A program made the position numbers and the translations under genes. From NCBI GenBank assembly GCA_017983615.1, contig JAGOBB010000009.1:6257-70256 (forward strand): a stretch of DNA of 64,000 bases. Direction: 5' to 3'. Positions 43,757 to 56,220 of this stretch are shown in pieces. The notes under the pieces are model-generated. The model was given only the letters and a program-made list of their open reading frames with translations. It ran no database searches and was not told where the DNA came from. Each line of letters opens with the position of its first letter. The first letter of the stretch is position 1. The stretch is from Azonexus sp. (GTDB lineage: Bacteria > Pseudomonadota > Gammaproteobacteria > Burkholderiales > Rhodocyclaceae).

Positions 43757-44203
43757 ATGCCCACCGGAACCGTCCGCCTGCATCGCGTACTGAAGACCAC
43801 GCCCGGAAAACTCTATCGGGCGTTTCTGGATGCCGGAGCGTTGGCCAAATGGCTTCCGCCCTATGGTTTCACGTGCCAGGTTCATTCGCTGGACGCCCGG
43901 GTAGGCGGGCAATTCAGGATGTCGTTCCGGAATTTTTCGACCGGGAACGAACACGCCTTCGGCGGCGAATATCTCGAATTGGTGGCGGACACGCTGATCC
44001 GCTATACCGATGCCTTCGACGATCCCGCCCTGCCCGGCACGATCCACGTGACGGTCAGCTTGCGTGCCGTACTCTGCGGGACGGAGCTGAACATCACCCA
44101 GGAGGGCATTCCCGAGGCGATTCCGGTCGAAATGTGTTATCTCGGCTGGCAGGAATCCCTGGCTCAACTGGCCCAACTGACCGAGCCGGACATCCCCGGC
44201 TAA
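43757..44203 (+). CDS. SRPBCC/AHA1-family protein
   Basis: AAGGAG RBS; YRAFLD..ALAKWLPP, GGEYLELV, CYLGWQESL. Confidence 0.88.
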   Translation: MPTGTVRLHRVLKTTPGKLYRAFLDAGALAKWLPPYGFTCQVHSLDARVGGQFRMSFRNFSTGNEHAFGGEYLELVADTLIRYTDAFDDPALPGTIHVTVSLRAVLCGTELNITQEGIPEAIPVEMCYLGWQESLAQLAQLTEPDIPG

Positions 44204-44314
44204 TGGGCGCCAGGCGCTACCGCCCCGAGCACTTGCCGTTGTCATCAACCCGGCCTATAGTTTGCCGACTCGCCCGACGCGTACCGGAGTTTCCACCAGC
44301 AAGGAGGAGTCGCC

Positions 44315-45298
44315 ATGCTTTTCATCACCAGCCGCCAACCGACCCGCAACACTGAGCCTGACCTGAATGCCGACTTTGCATTCGATTTCGACAACAATGC
44401 TTCCAGCCGCGGCTTTTTCTGCTGCCGGCGGCTCAAGAAGGGCAAATACGAGGAAATCGGCAGCAAGGCGATGCTGTCCGAAGTCAAGAATGCCAAATAC
44501 CGCCAGGTGCTGATCTACATCCACGGCTTTTCCAACATGCCGGAGACAGTGTTCGCCAATGCCAAGGAATTTCAGGATCTGTGCAACCTGAAAAAGGACA
44601 AGGAAGTCCTGGTCATTCCGGTGATCTGGCCGTGCGACAACGACCTGGGCATCGTCAAGGACTACTGGGACGACCAGAAGTCGGCCGACCAGAGCGCCTT
44701 CGCCTTTGCCCGGATGTTCCAGAAATTCATGGAATGGCGGAATTCGACGGCGTTCAATCCGGACGACGATCCCTGCCTGAAGCGGATCAACATGCTGGCC
44801 CACTCGATGGGTAACCGTGTCCTGCGCGAAACCCTGAGCAACTGGCACAAGTACCACATGCCGAGCGGCCTTCCGCTGATCTTCCGCAACACCTTCCTGG
44901 TCGCCGCCGATATCGTCAATGAGTCGCTGCACAAGGGCGAAGCGGGCGAGCTAATCTCGCACACATCGCGCAATGTCGTGGTCTATTACGCCTCGGACGA
45001 CCTCGCCCTGCGCGCCAGCAAGGTGTCCAACGTAAAGAACGCCGAAGCTTCCCGTCGCCTGGGCCATTCTGGCCCCGAAGACATGGACCGGACGCCGAAG
45101 AACGTTTATGCCATTGACTGCGACGACGTCAATACGCGCTACGACCATCCCAAGGGCCACTCGTACTTCCGTTCGGGTGACAAGAAGGGCGAACCCGGCG
45201 TGGTCTTCGACCACATTTTCGAGACCATCCTGACCGGACGGGTGTTCCCCAGCGAGGAATTCCGGAAGTCGTCGATCCTCGGGCTGGCCAAGGGCTGA
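44315..45298 (+). CDS. Alpha/beta hydrolase (DUF900-like)
   Basis: YIHGF, AHSMG nucleophile elbow, DDLAL..S, RRLG..GP, HSYF. Confidence 0.85.
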   Translation: MLFITSRQPTRNTEPDLNADFAFDFDNNASSRGFFCCRRLKKGKYEEIGSKAMLSEVKNAKYRQVLIYIHGFSNMPETVFANAKEFQDLCNLKKDKEVLVIPVIWPCDNDLGIVKDYWDDQKSADQSAFAFARMFQKFMEWRNSTAFNPDDDPCLKRINMLAHSMGNRVLRETLSNWHKYHMPSGLPLIFRNTFLVAADIVNESLHKGEAGELISHTSRNVVVYYASDDLALRASKVSNVKNAEASRRLGHSGPEDMDRTPKNVYAIDCDDVNTRYDHPKGHSYFRSGDKKGEPGVVFDHIFETILTGRVFPSEEFRKSSILGLAKG

Positions 45299-45319
45299 GG
45301 CAGTTTCTGGTCGGCGGTC

Positions 45320-45940
45320 TTATTCGCCGACCACATCGACCCCGGCTGGCGGAACGAACTTGAAGGTGGCTGCCGGCAAGGCCTGGTTGCGCTCGATCTT
45401 GCTGAAATGGATCAGCGTCGTCTGGCCGAAGCTGTCCTGCAACTCCATGGCTTTCAGGTCGTTGCCGGCAAAGCCGAGACGCACCCTCTCGAAGCCGCTG
45501 TCGGTCGCCTTGGGCGTCGCTTCAACCCAGGCCATGCCTTCGGAATCGCCAGCCTCCTTGAGCGTGAAGTTCTTTTCCAGTTCGTTGCTGCCCGACAGCA
45601 GCGCCGCCGGCGAGCCGCCGATGGCCTGCCCGGCCTTGCGCACGGTGACCTGCTGCAGCTCGGGGTCGTGAATCCAGATTTTTTCGCCGTCGCTGACTAC
45701 CAATTGCGGGTAGGGTTTCTGGATTTCCCAACGCAGCTTGCCGGGTCGGGAGATGGCGAGGATGCCGGAGGATTGCTGCGGCTTGCGACCGTTCCTGGCG
45801 ATCACCGCCTGGGAAAACTCGGCTTTCAGCGTCCGCGTCTCCTGCAGAAAGCGGTGCAGTTGATCGACCGCGCCGGCCTGCGCGAGCAGCGGCAAACAGG
45901 CAAATGCTACGGTCGAGAGGATTTTTTGGGCAATTTTCAT
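45320..45940 (-). CDS. lolA: Outer-membrane lipoprotein chaperone
   Basis: Signal peptide, RPGKLRW, SDGEKIW..DPELQQVT, SPAALL; downstream of ftsK. Confidence 0.93.
   Translation of the reverse strand: MKIAQKILSTVAFACLPLLAQAGAVDQLHRFLQETRTLKAEFSQAVIARNGRKPQQSSGILAISRPGKLRWEIQKPYPQLVVSDGEKIWIHDPELQQVTVRKAGQAIGGSPAALLSGSNELEKNFTLKEAGDSEGMAWVEATPKATDSGFERVRLGFAGNDLKAMELQDSFGQTTLIHFSKIERNQALPAATFKFVPPAGVDVVGE
45902..45915 (+). repeat. Dispersed motif copy 12
   Basis: AAATGCTACGGTCG agagg ATTTTTT gggc AATTTT; antisense in the lolA signal peptide (MKIAQKILSTVAF). Confidence 0.9.
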
Positions 45941-46012
45941 TTTTCGAGCATAGCCGTTTGACGCGCGGCGCGCTGTTTCAGGGTGTAACAAATTGCTGGA
46001 GAAGCCGCAGAC

Positions 46013-48316
46013 CTACTCAGCGGGCTTCTTCATCAGCACTTCGCGCCCGCCGCGGCCATCCATGCCGGACACCAGCCCGGCCTTTTCCATCGCCTCGATC
46101 AGCCGCGCCGAGCGGTTGTAGCCGATACGCAGGTGGCGCTGGACCAGCGAAATGGAGGCACGCTGGTTCTTGAGCACGATATCGACGGCCTGATCATAAA
46201 GCGGGTCGCTTTCGGCATCACCACCGCCCTCGCCGCTTTCGCCGCCCTCCTCGTCGTCGCCGCCGGCACCTGTCAGGATGTCCTCGATGTACTCGGGAGC
46301 GCCGGTCGCCTTCAGATGCTCGACGACACGATGCACCTCGTCGTCGGACACAAAGGCGCCATGGACGCGGGTCGGATAGCCGGTGCCCGGCGCCAGGTAT
46401 AGCATGTCACCCTGGCCGAGCAAGGCTTCGGCGCCCATCTGGTCGAGGATGGTGCGCGAGTCGATCTTGCTCGACACCTGGAAGGAGAGACGGGTCGGGA
46501 TGTTGGCCTTGATCAGGCCGGTGATCACATCGACACTCGGACGCTGCGTCGCCAGCACAAGGTGGATGCCGGAAGCCCGCGCCTTCTGGGCCAGGCGGGC
46601 GATCTGTTCCTCGACCTTCTTGCCGACGACCATCATCAGGTCGGCCAGCTCGTCGATGATGACGACGATGAAGGGCATGGTCTTCAGCGGTTCCGGGGTT
46701 TCCGGCGTCAGGGTCAGCGGGTTCGGGATGTGCTCGCCGCGCTTCTCGGCCTCGCGGATCTTGGTGTTGAGGCCGGCGATGTTGCGCACGCCCATCGCCG
46801 ACATCAGCTTATAGCGCTTTTCCATCTCGGTGACGCACCAGTGCAGCGCGTTGGCCGCCTGCTTCATGTCGGTGACGACCGGCGCCAGCAGGTGCGGAAT
46901 GCCTTCGTAGATCGACAGTTCGAGCATCTTCGGGTCGACCATGATCAGACGGACCTGATCCGGCTCGGCCTTGTAGAGCATCGACAGGATCATCGCATTG
47001 ACCCCGACCGACTTGCCCGAGCCGGTCGTCCCGGCGACCAGCAAATGCGGCGTCTTGGCCAGATCGGCAACCACCGGCAGGCCGCCGATGTCCTTGCCGA
47101 GGCAGACGGTCAGCGGGCTGTGCATGTCGTTATACGGCTTGCTGGAAATGATCTCGGACAGCTTGACCATCTGCCGCTTGGGATTGGGCAACTCGAGCGC
47201 CATGCACGACTTGCCGGGCACCGTCTCGACGACGCGGATCGAGACCATGGCCAGCGCGCGGGCCAGGTCGCGCGCCAGATTGACGATCTGGGCGCCCTTA
47301 ACGCCGACCGCCGGCTCGATTTCGTAGCGGGTGATGACCGGGCCGGGCATCGCCGCCAGCACCTTGACCTGAACGCCGAAGTCGGCCAGCTTGCGCTCGA
47401 TCAGGCGCGAAGTGTATTCGAGGGTTTCAGCACTGACCGTCTCGGTGGCCGGCGGCGCCGGATCGAGCAGGTGCAGCGGCGGCAACTGGCCACCAACGAT
47501 GGCCTCGGGGAAGAGCATGGCCTGCTTCTCGCGTTCGACGCGAGCCTCGGCCTTCTTCGACACCGGCACTTCTGGCGGCGGCGTTTCGATGACGATCGGG
47601 TCGTGCAGTTCGACCCGGAGTTTTTCTTCCTTGACGACGACTTCGCGCTGCTGCGCAACTTCCTTGCCGATCTGCCGGTCGCGCCAGGCATCGACCCGAC
47701 CGTAGAAAAAACCGACGCAGCCTTCAAGAAAGACGCCGAGCTTTTCGAATGCCCACAGCCATGACATGCCGGAGAAAACGCTCCAGCCGGCCGCCATCAG
47801 CGCCAGCAGGAAGAGGGTCGAGCCGGTATAGCCGAACTGGGTGGCCAGCACGCGTCCCATCTCGATGCCAAGCAGGCCGCCCGGCGCCAGCGGCAGTTCC
47901 ACTTCCATCGAATAGAAACGCAAGGCCTCCAGCGAGGAACTGGCGACGAGCAGGAAGGAGAAGCCGCCGAGAGCGATGAAAAGTGGATGCTGCTTGTGCT
48001 CATCCGGCGCGTTGAACTTGCGGAAGCCCCACCACACGAACATGCCGAGCAGGACGATCCACCACCAGGCCGAAAGCCCGAACAGGTAGAGCATCAGATC
48101 GGCAATCCAGGCCCCGGCGCGACCGGCCGGGTTATGCAGCGCCGTCGAGCCGACGGCATGCGACCAGCCCGGATCTTCCTTGCTGAAGCCCCACAGGGCC
48201 ATGACCAAAAACAGCGCAACAGCGCCGACGCCGAGCCAGCGCGACTCCTGCAACAACGTACCAATCTTTTCCGGCAACGGGCTGGGGGCCGCCCGTGAAA
48301 TCGCTCTTGCCCCCAT
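46013..48316 (-). CDS. ftsK: DNA translocase FtsK
   Basis: N-terminal TMs, [23 protein letters not shown], gamma domain (IGYNRSAR). Confidence 0.96.
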   Translation of the reverse strand: MGARAISRAAPSPLPEKIGTLLQESRWLGVGAVALFLVMALWGFSKEDPGWSHAVGSTALHNPAGRAGAWIADLMLYLFGLSAWWWIVLLGMFVWWGFRKFNAPDEHKQHPLFIALGGFSFLLVASSSLEALRFYSMEVELPLAPGGLLGIEMGRVLATQFGYTGSTLFLLALMAAGWSVFSGMSWLWAFEKLGVFLEGCVGFFYGRVDAWRDRQIGKEVAQQREVVVKEEKLRVELHDPIVIETPPPEVPVSKKAEARVEREKQAMLFPEAIVGGQLPPLHLLDPAPPATETVSAETLEYTSRLIERKLADFGVQVKVLAAMPGPVITRYEIEPAVGVKGAQIVNLARDLARALAMVSIRVVETVPGKSCMALELPNPKRQMVKLSEIISSKPYNDMHSPLTVCLGKDIGGLPVVADLAKTPHLLVAGTTGSGKSVGVNAMILSMLYKAEPDQVRLIMVDPKMLELSIYEGIPHLLAPVVTDMKQAANALHWCVTEMEKRYKLMSAMGVRNIAGLNTKIREAEKRGEHIPNPLTLTPETPEPLKTMPFIVVIIDELADLMMVVGKKVEEQIARLAQKARASGIHLVLATQRPSVDVITGLIKANIPTRLSFQVSSKIDSRTILDQMGAEALLGQGDMLYLAPGTGYPTRVHGAFVSDDEVHRVVEHLKATGAPEYIEDILTGAGGDDEEGGESGEGGGDAESDPLYDQAVDIVLKNQRASISLVQRHLRIGYNRSARLIEAMEKAGLVSGMDGRGGREVLMKKPAE

Positions 48317-48318
48317 CG

Positions 48319-48981
48319 TCAAACTCCCGGAATGACCAGCAGGTCATCGTCGTAGCGGATATAACCCCGCAATTCCAGGTCGCGCATGACTTTGCTGACC
48401 ATCTCACGCGACGCACCAATCATTTTCGCCATATCCTGCTTCGACATCTTTTTCTTGACGACCCGCAGCCCGTCCACTTCCACGGACATATCGAGCAACA
48501 GGCGGGCAACTCGCCCATACACATCCAGCAACGCCAGGCTTTCGATCTTGCGATCGGCCTCACGCAGACGCTGGACGAGAATCTTCATAAGCTTCTGGGC
48601 GACCTGGAAATTGTCCTGCAGGCAGCGCTGGAAGGCTTCCTTGCTCAGGAACATCAACTCGCAGGCCTCGGCTGCCACGACATTGGCCGAACGCGGGCTG
48701 CCATCTAGCAAACCCATCTCGCCGAAAAACTCGCTCGGACCGAGCCAGGCCAGGATGATTTCCCGACCTTCCTCGTCGGTATTGGTGACCTTGGCCCGCC
48801 CGCTCAACAGGATGTACAGCGAATCGGTAACGTCGCCGGCCCGCACCACCGATGCGCCGCGCTCGACGCGCTTACGGGACGCAACCTTGGAGAGCTTGTC
48901 CAGCTCGGTATCTTCCAAGCCGGAAAACAAGGGCAGGTTGCGCAACACCACCGGACTCAAGCTGCAAGGAGTAGCTGCCAT
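48319..48981 (-). CDS. Crp/Fnr-family transcriptional regulator
   Basis: FFGEMGLL...RSA cyclic-nucleotide pocket; [12 protein letters not shown]. Confidence 0.9.
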   Translation of the reverse strand: MAATPCSLSPVVLRNLPLFSGLEDTELDKLSKVASRKRVERGASVVRAGDVTDSLYILLSGRAKVTNTDEEGREIILAWLGPSEFFGEMGLLDGSPRSANVVAAEACELMFLSKEAFQRCLQDNFQVAQKLMKILVQRLREADRKIESLALLDVYGRVARLLLDMSVEVDGLRVVKKKMSKQDMAKMIGASREMVSKVMRDLELRGYIRYDDDLLVIPGV

Positions 48982-49080
48982 AAATCAGTTTCCGTTCATA
49001 GAGTTACGAAACAATTATAAACCTGTTTCCCAATTTTCATAGAAACTTCGAAGAAATGGGAAGCCCGGAGAACGCTATAA

Positions 49081-50855
<1,775 letters not shown>

Positions 50856-50875
50856 TTTTGCCCGTTTTTTTGGGG

Positions 50876-50889
50876 CGACCGTAGCATTG
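50876..50889 (-). repeat. Dispersed motif copy 13
   Basis: CAATGCTACGGTCG cccc AAAAAAA cgggc AAAAT; intergenic. Confidence 0.9.
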
Positions 50890-50912
50890 GCCTCCCCCGG
50901 GGAAACTTTGCC

Positions 50913-51275
<363 letters not shown>

Positions 51276-52892
51276 TTAAAATTCGTCTGGATAACGGTTG
51301 GTAATAGGATACCGCCAATCCTTGCCAAAACCACGTGGCGTAATGCGGATGCCGACCGGCGCCTGGCGGCGCTTGTATTCGGCAATGCGCAGCAGGCGCA
51401 CGACGCGGCGCACATCGGCTTCCGGCAGACCGGCAGCGACGATCTCGCGCGGGCTGCGGTCTTCTTCCATGTAGGCGCGGACGATGGCGTCGAGCACCTC
51501 ATACGGCGGCAGGGAATCCTGGTCGGTCTGGTCCGGCTTCAATTCGGCCGAGGGCGGGCGGACGATGATGTTTTCCGGAATCACCGGATCGCCCTTACAC
51601 AGCGTATTGCGGTAACGCGACAGGCGATAGACCAGCGTCTTGTAGACGTCCTTGATCACCGCGAAGCCGCCAGCCATGTCGCCGTACAGCGTGCAGTAGC
51701 CGACCGCCATTTCCGACTTGTTGCCGGTGGTCAGGACCAGCGCCCCAGTCTTGTTCGACAGCGCCATCAGGATGTTGCCGCGGATGCGCGCCTGGATATT
51801 CTCTTCGGTGGTATCGGCCGGCTGGCCGGCGAACAGCGGGTCAAGCATCGCCGCGTAGGTGGCCATGGCCGGCGCGATGGCGATTTCGTCGTAGCGTACA
51901 CCCAACTGGCGAATCATTTCACGCGAATCGTCGAGGCTCATCTGGGCGGTATACGGTGACGGCATCATGACCGCCCGCACTTTGTCCGCGCCCAGCGCAT
52001 CGACCGCAACACACAACGTCAGCGCCGAATCGATGCCGCCCGAGAGGCCGATGATGGCACCCTTGAAACCGGTTTTGCCGATGTAGTCGCGAACGCCCAG
52101 CACAAGGGCGTTGTAGGCCTCGGCTTCGAGCGACAGCTCGTCGGCCATCTGCTCGGAGCGCAGACGTCCGGCGTCGAAATCGACGATGCCCAGCGCCTCC
52201 TCGAAGGCCGGCAGGCGCATCCGACAGTTCTTCTGGGCATCGAGCGCGAACGAAGCGCCGTCGAAGACCAGTTCGTCCTGGCCGCCGACCAGATTGCAAT
52301 AGATCGCCGGGATACCGGTCGCATCGATGCGATCGCCCAGGACCTGGGCGCGCTGCTGGTGCTTTTCGAGGTGACAGGGCGAGGCGTTGAGGACGAGTAG
52401 CAGTTCGGCGCCAGCGGCACGGGCCTGTTCGGCCGCGCCTTCTTCCCAGATGTCGGCGCAGATGTTGATGCCACAGCGCACGCCAGACAGCGTCACGACG
52501 CAAGCGTCGGTGCCCGGCTCGAAATAGCGCTTTTCGTCGAAGACTTCATAGTTGGGCAGGCGCATCTTGCGATAGACCGCCTTTTTTTGGCCATTTTCAA
52601 TGACCGTTGCCGCATTGTGGCAGCGACCTTCGTGTTCTTCCGGATGCCCGATAACGACAGCAATGCCGTCGATACGGGAAGCCAGATCGTCGAGAGCCCG
52701 GTTGCAGGCCCGGTAGAAATCCGGGCGCAGCAACAGGTCTTCCGGCGGGTATCCGCACAACGCCAGTTCCGGCGTCAGCAATACCTGCGCCCCGCGGGCC
52801 TTGGCCTCGGTGGCGCTTTGGATGATGCGTTCGACGTTGCCCGTCAGGTCACCGACGGTGGCGTTAAACTGGGCAACGGCGATACGCAGCAT
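51276..52892 (-). CDS. nadE: Glutamine-dependent NAD+ synthetase
   Basis: Nitrilase-like domain (PEL, K, ICAD), LSGGIDS, ENIQARIRG, NKSE, SAEL. Confidence 0.95.
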   Translation of the reverse strand: MLRIAVAQFNATVGDLTGNVERIIQSATEAKARGAQVLLTPELALCGYPPEDLLLRPDFYRACNRALDDLASRIDGIAVVIGHPEEHEGRCHNAATVIENGQKKAVYRKMRLPNYEVFDEKRYFEPGTDACVVTLSGVRCGINICADIWEEGAAEQARAAGAELLLVLNASPCHLEKHQQRAQVLGDRIDATGIPAIYCNLVGGQDELVFDGASFALDAQKNCRMRLPAFEEALGIVDFDAGRLRSEQMADELSLEAEAYNALVLGVRDYIGKTGFKGAIIGLSGGIDSALTLCVAVDALGADKVRAVMMPSPYTAQMSLDDSREMIRQLGVRYDEIAIAPAMATYAAMLDPLFAGQPADTTEENIQARIRGNILMALSNKTGALVLTTGNKSEMAVGYCTLYGDMAGGFAVIKDVYKTLVYRLSRYRNTLCKGDPVIPENIIVRPPSAELKPDQTDQDSLPPYEVLDAIVRAYMEEDRSPREIVAAGLPEADVRRVVRLLRIAEYKRRQAPVGIRITPRGFGKDWRYPITNRYPDEF

Positions 52893-52912
52893 GAGCTCAG
52901 AGTCACAGGCTC

Positions 52913-53461
52913 TTAGTAAGCCGGCTTGTCTTTCGCTTCGTTGTAGGTTTGAACGCCGACTTCGATTTCCTTCTTGGCCTCTTCCGGACCACGCCAGCCG
53001 TTAACCTTGACGAACTTGCCCGGCTCCAAATCCTTGTAGTGCTCGAAGAAGTGGGCGATCTGGTCGAGCAGCAGGGCCGGCATGTCGGCATGGGTCTGGA
53101 TGTTGCGGTACATCGGGGTCAGCTTGTCGACCGGCACGGCCAGCAGCTTCGCATCTTCACCGGCTTCGTCGGTCATGGCCAGCATGCCGATCGGGCGGCA
53201 GCGGACGACAACGCCCGGCGGCAGCGGGAAGGGGCTGACAACCAGCACGTCGACCGGGTCACCGTCACCGGCGATGGTGTGCGGGATATAGCCGTAATTG
53301 CACGGATAGTGCATGGACGTAGACATGAAGCGATCGACGAAAATCGCACCGCTTTCCTTGTCGACTTCGTACTTGACGGGATCGGAGTGCGCCGTGATTT
53401 CGATGATGACGTTGAAATCGTTGGGAAGGGACTTGCCGGAAGGAACGTCGTTGAGTGCCAT
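52913..53461 (-). CDS. ppa: Inorganic pyrophosphatase
   Basis: [22 protein letters not shown]. Confidence 0.97.
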   Translation of the reverse strand: MALNDVPSGKSLPNDFNVIIEITAHSDPVKYEVDKESGAIFVDRFMSTSMHYPCNYGYIPHTIAGDGDPVDVLVVSPFPLPPGVVVRCRPIGMLAMTDEAGEDAKLLAVPVDKLTPMYRNIQTHADMPALLLDQIAHFFEHYKDLEPGKFVKVNGWRGPEEAKKEIEVGVQTYNEAKDKPAY

Positions 53462-53521
53462 TTTTATCTCTCTGCGATTAGGTTTGAGAACTTGCGATTA
53501 TAACGCCGTCCGGGGCATGAT

Positions 53522-54307
53522 TCAGCGCCAGGCGGCGAGAAACTCCTGCCAATGCGGCGCCCCGATTTTGGCCAGTTGCGCCTTGACGAATTCGCCTTCG
53601 GCGACTTCCTCTTCGGCGGTCAGCTCGCCACGCAGCCGACGGAAGCGGTTATAGACGAGGTAGGTATTGATCACGTCAGTTTCGCAATAATCGCGAATCT
53701 CGGCGATCTTGCCGGCCTGCCAGGCCTCCCAGACCTTGCCACCATCCATGCCCAGTTTGCCGGGAAAGCCGAACAGCTTAGCCAGGTCGTCGAGCGGTGC
53801 GTTGGCACGGCCGTTATACAACGCCAGCAGGTCCATCAGGTCGAGGTGACGTGTGTGATAGCGGCTGATGTAGTTATTCCACTTGAAATCGCGCGAATCG
53901 GCGTAGTCGCCGTCGCCGAGATCCCAGTAGCGCGGGGCCGCAACGCCGTGCAGCATGCCACGATAGTGCAGCACCGGCAGGTCGAAGCCGCCGCCGTTCC
54001 AGGAGACAATCTGCGGCGTGAATTTCTCGATGCCATCGAAGAAGCGCTGGATGATCGCACCCTCGTCAAGGTCCGGCTCGGACAGCGACCAGACCTTGAG
54101 GCCTTCGCCGGTCCGCAGCACGCAGGAGATGGTCACCACCCGCTGCAGGTGCAACTGCAGAAAATCATTTCCGGTCTTGGCCCGGCGCTGCTGGAAGGCG
54201 AGTTCGGCGACTTCTTCGTCGGAAAGTTCGTCGGCCAGGTCATTGAGGCGACGCAGGCCGGCGACATCGGGAATCGTCTCGATGTCGAATACCAGGACCG
54301 GTTTCAT
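53522..54307 (-). CDS. PolB-like 3'-5' exonuclease domain protein
   Basis: FDIET, WNGGGFDLP, YCETDV (DEDDy). Confidence 0.88.
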   Translation of the reverse strand: MKPVLVFDIETIPDVAGLRRLNDLADELSDEEVAELAFQQRRAKTGNDFLQLHLQRVVTISCVLRTGEGLKVWSLSEPDLDEGAIIQRFFDGIEKFTPQIVSWNGGGFDLPVLHYRGMLHGVAAPRYWDLGDGDYADSRDFKWNNYISRYHTRHLDLMDLLALYNGRANAPLDDLAKLFGFPGKLGMDGGKVWEAWQAGKIAEIRDYCETDVINTYLVYNRFRRLRGELTAEEEVAEGEFVKAQLAKIGAPHWQEFLAAWR

Positions 54308-55203
54308 GCCGGAAAGACGCCCGTCGACAGGTAACGGTCGCCGCGGTCGCAGACGATGGTGACGATCACCGCGTTTTCGAGCTCCTGCGACAGGCGCAGG
54401 GCCACCGCCAGCGCCCCGCCGGAGGAGATGCCGGCGAAGATACCTTCTTCCATGGCCAGTCGGCGGGTCATCGTCTCGGCGTCTGCCTGGCTGACATTCT
54501 CGACACGATCAACCCGGCTACGATCGAAGATCTTCGGCAGGTAGGCTTCAGGCCACTTGCGGATACCTGGAATCTGGCTGCCCTCTTCCGGCTGGCAACC
54601 GACGATCTGGATCGCCGGGTTTTGTGCCTTCAGGAAAGCCGTCGTGCCCATGATGGTGCCGGTCGTCCCCATGCTGGAGACAAAATGGGTGATCTTTCCA
54701 TCGGTATCGCGCCAGATTTCCGGACCGGTGCCTTCGAAGTGGGCACGCGGGTTGTCCGGGTTGGCGAACTGGTCCAGGATGATGCCCTTGCCTTCGTCGC
54801 GCATGCGGTCGGCGACGTCGCGACACAACTCCATGCCGCCGTCCTTGGGCGTCAGAACCAGTTCGGCGCCGAAGGCGCGCATCGTCTGGCGGCGCTCAAT
54901 GCTCTGATTTTCCGGCATGACAAGGATCATCCGGTAACCCTTCATCGCCGCCGCCATGGCCAGCGCGATGCCTGTATTGCCGGAAGTCGCCTCGATCAGC
55001 GTATCACCCGGCTTGATGTCGCCACGCGCCTCGGCATGGACGATCATTGACAGCGCCGGCCGGTCCTTGACCGAACCAGCCGGGTTGTTGCCTTCCAGCT
55101 TGGCCAGGATGACATTGTTACGCTTGTCGTTTTCCGCTCCGGGGATGCGCACCAGGCGAACCAGCGGGGTATTTCCGACAAAATCCTGCAGGGTTTTATA
55201 CAT
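54304..55203 (-). CDS. cysM: Cysteine synthase B
   Basis: [34 protein letters not shown]. Confidence 0.95.
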   Translation of the reverse strand: MYKTLQDFVGNTPLVRLVRIPGAENDKRNNVILAKLEGNNPAGSVKDRPALSMIVHAEARGDIKPGDTLIEATSGNTGIALAMAAAMKGYRMILVMPENQSIERRQTMRAFGAELVLTPKDGGMELCRDVADRMRDEGKGIILDQFANPDNPRAHFEGTGPEIWRDTDGKITHFVSSMGTTGTIMGTTAFLKAQNPAIQIVGCQPEEGSQIPGIRKWPEAYLPKIFDRSRVDRVENVSQADAETMTRRLAMEEGIFAGISSGGALAVALRLSQELENAVIVTIVCDRGDRYLSTGVFPA

Positions 55204-56170
55204 TTTTCAGCAGCCACTCGACGTATTGGGGAACGCCTTCTTCGACCGTCGCCATCGGCGCATCGTAGCCGGCCTCGCGCAAACGCGTCAGGTCGGCCTG
55301 CGTGAAAGCCTGGTACTTGCCTTTCAACGCTTCGGGGAAGGCGACATATTCCAGCAAGCCCTGTGCCCGCAGCTCCTCCAGCGTCAGCGGCATTTCGCTT
55401 TTTGCTCTTTTTATGGCATTGACCGTAGCATTTGCGATGTCATTGAAGCTTTGCACCCGGCCGGAGCCTAGATTGAAGATGCCGGACTTTTCCGGATGAT
55501 CGAGGAAATAAAGATTCACCTTGGCAACGTCGCCAACAAAGACAAAATCGCTCTGCAACCCTTCACAAACGCTGACCCTACCATCGGCCTGCCACTGCCT
55601 GAAGCACTGGAAAGCAAGCGATGCGATCGATCCCTTGTGCGATTCGCCCGGTCCGTAAACGTTGAAATAGCGCAAGCCCACTATTTGAGACGACGGGTTC
55701 TGTGCCAAGCGCTGGCGCACGATCTGGTCGAACAGGAACTTGGAGTAGCCGAAAACATCGAGCGGCCCCTCGTACTGCCGCTCTTCCTTGAAGACTCCGC
55801 TGCCGCCATAGGTGGCGGCGCTCGAGGCGTAGAGGAACTGGACGTCCTGATCGAGGCACCAGTCGAGCAGGATCATGGAGTAACGATAGTTGTTCTCCAG
55901 CATGTAGCGGCCGTCCGTTTCCATGGTGTCCGAACAGGCGCCCTCATGGAAAATCGCATCGATCTCGCCGTCGAAATGGCCGGCCTGGATACGCTCGATG
56001 AAGTCGTGCTTGTCGAGGTAATCGACGATGTCGCAGCCGACCAGATTCCGGAACTTGTCGGCCTTGGTCAGATTGTCAACCGCAATAATGTTCCTGACCC
56101 CGCGCTCGTTGAGTGCCTTGACGATGCTTGAGCCGATAAAGCCGGCGGCGCCGGTGACGACGATGTACAT
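55196..56170 (-). CDS. hldD: ADP-L-glycero-D-manno-heptose 6-epimerase, divergent (catalytic Tyr replaced by Phe)
   Basis: [36 protein letters not shown]; PLDVFGYSK instead of PLNVYGYSK. Confidence 0.85.
   Translation of the reverse strand: MYIVVTGAAGFIGSSIVKALNERGVRNIIAVDNLTKADKFRNLVGCDIVDYLDKHDFIERIQAGHFDGEIDAIFHEGACSDTMETDGRYMLENNYRYSMILLDWCLDQDVQFLYASSAATYGGSGVFKEERQYEGPLDVFGYSKFLFDQIVRQRLAQNPSSQIVGLRYFNVYGPGESHKGSIASLAFQCFRQWQADGRVSVCEGLQSDFVFVGDVAKVNLYFLDHPEKSGIFNLGSGRVQSFNDIANATVNAIKRAKSEMPLTLEELRAQGLLEYVAFPEALKGKYQAFTQADLTRLREAGYDAPMATVEEGVPQYVEWLLKNV
55420..55433 (-). repeat. Dispersed motif copy 14
   Basis: AAATGCTACGGTCA atgcc ATAAAAA gagc AAAAA; in hldD ([12 protein letters not shown]). 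Confidence 0.9.
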
Positions 56171-56220
56171 CCCGCTCCCTCCTACAGCGCGCTGGCCAGC
56201 TTGGCGATTTCAGGCACGAC

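Noticed and set aside
47697-47710. Partial cores TTTTTCTACGGTCG in ftsK and ATGCCACGGTCG at 5081-5092
   Set aside because: Mismatched cores without the phased A/T tracts; compatible with chance.
52582-52610. Degenerate motif copy in nadE (GCAACGGTCA TTGAAAAT GGCC AAAAAAA on the minus strand)
   Set aside because: Core mismatch and a different 5' end; possibly a real weak copy but excluded from the count.
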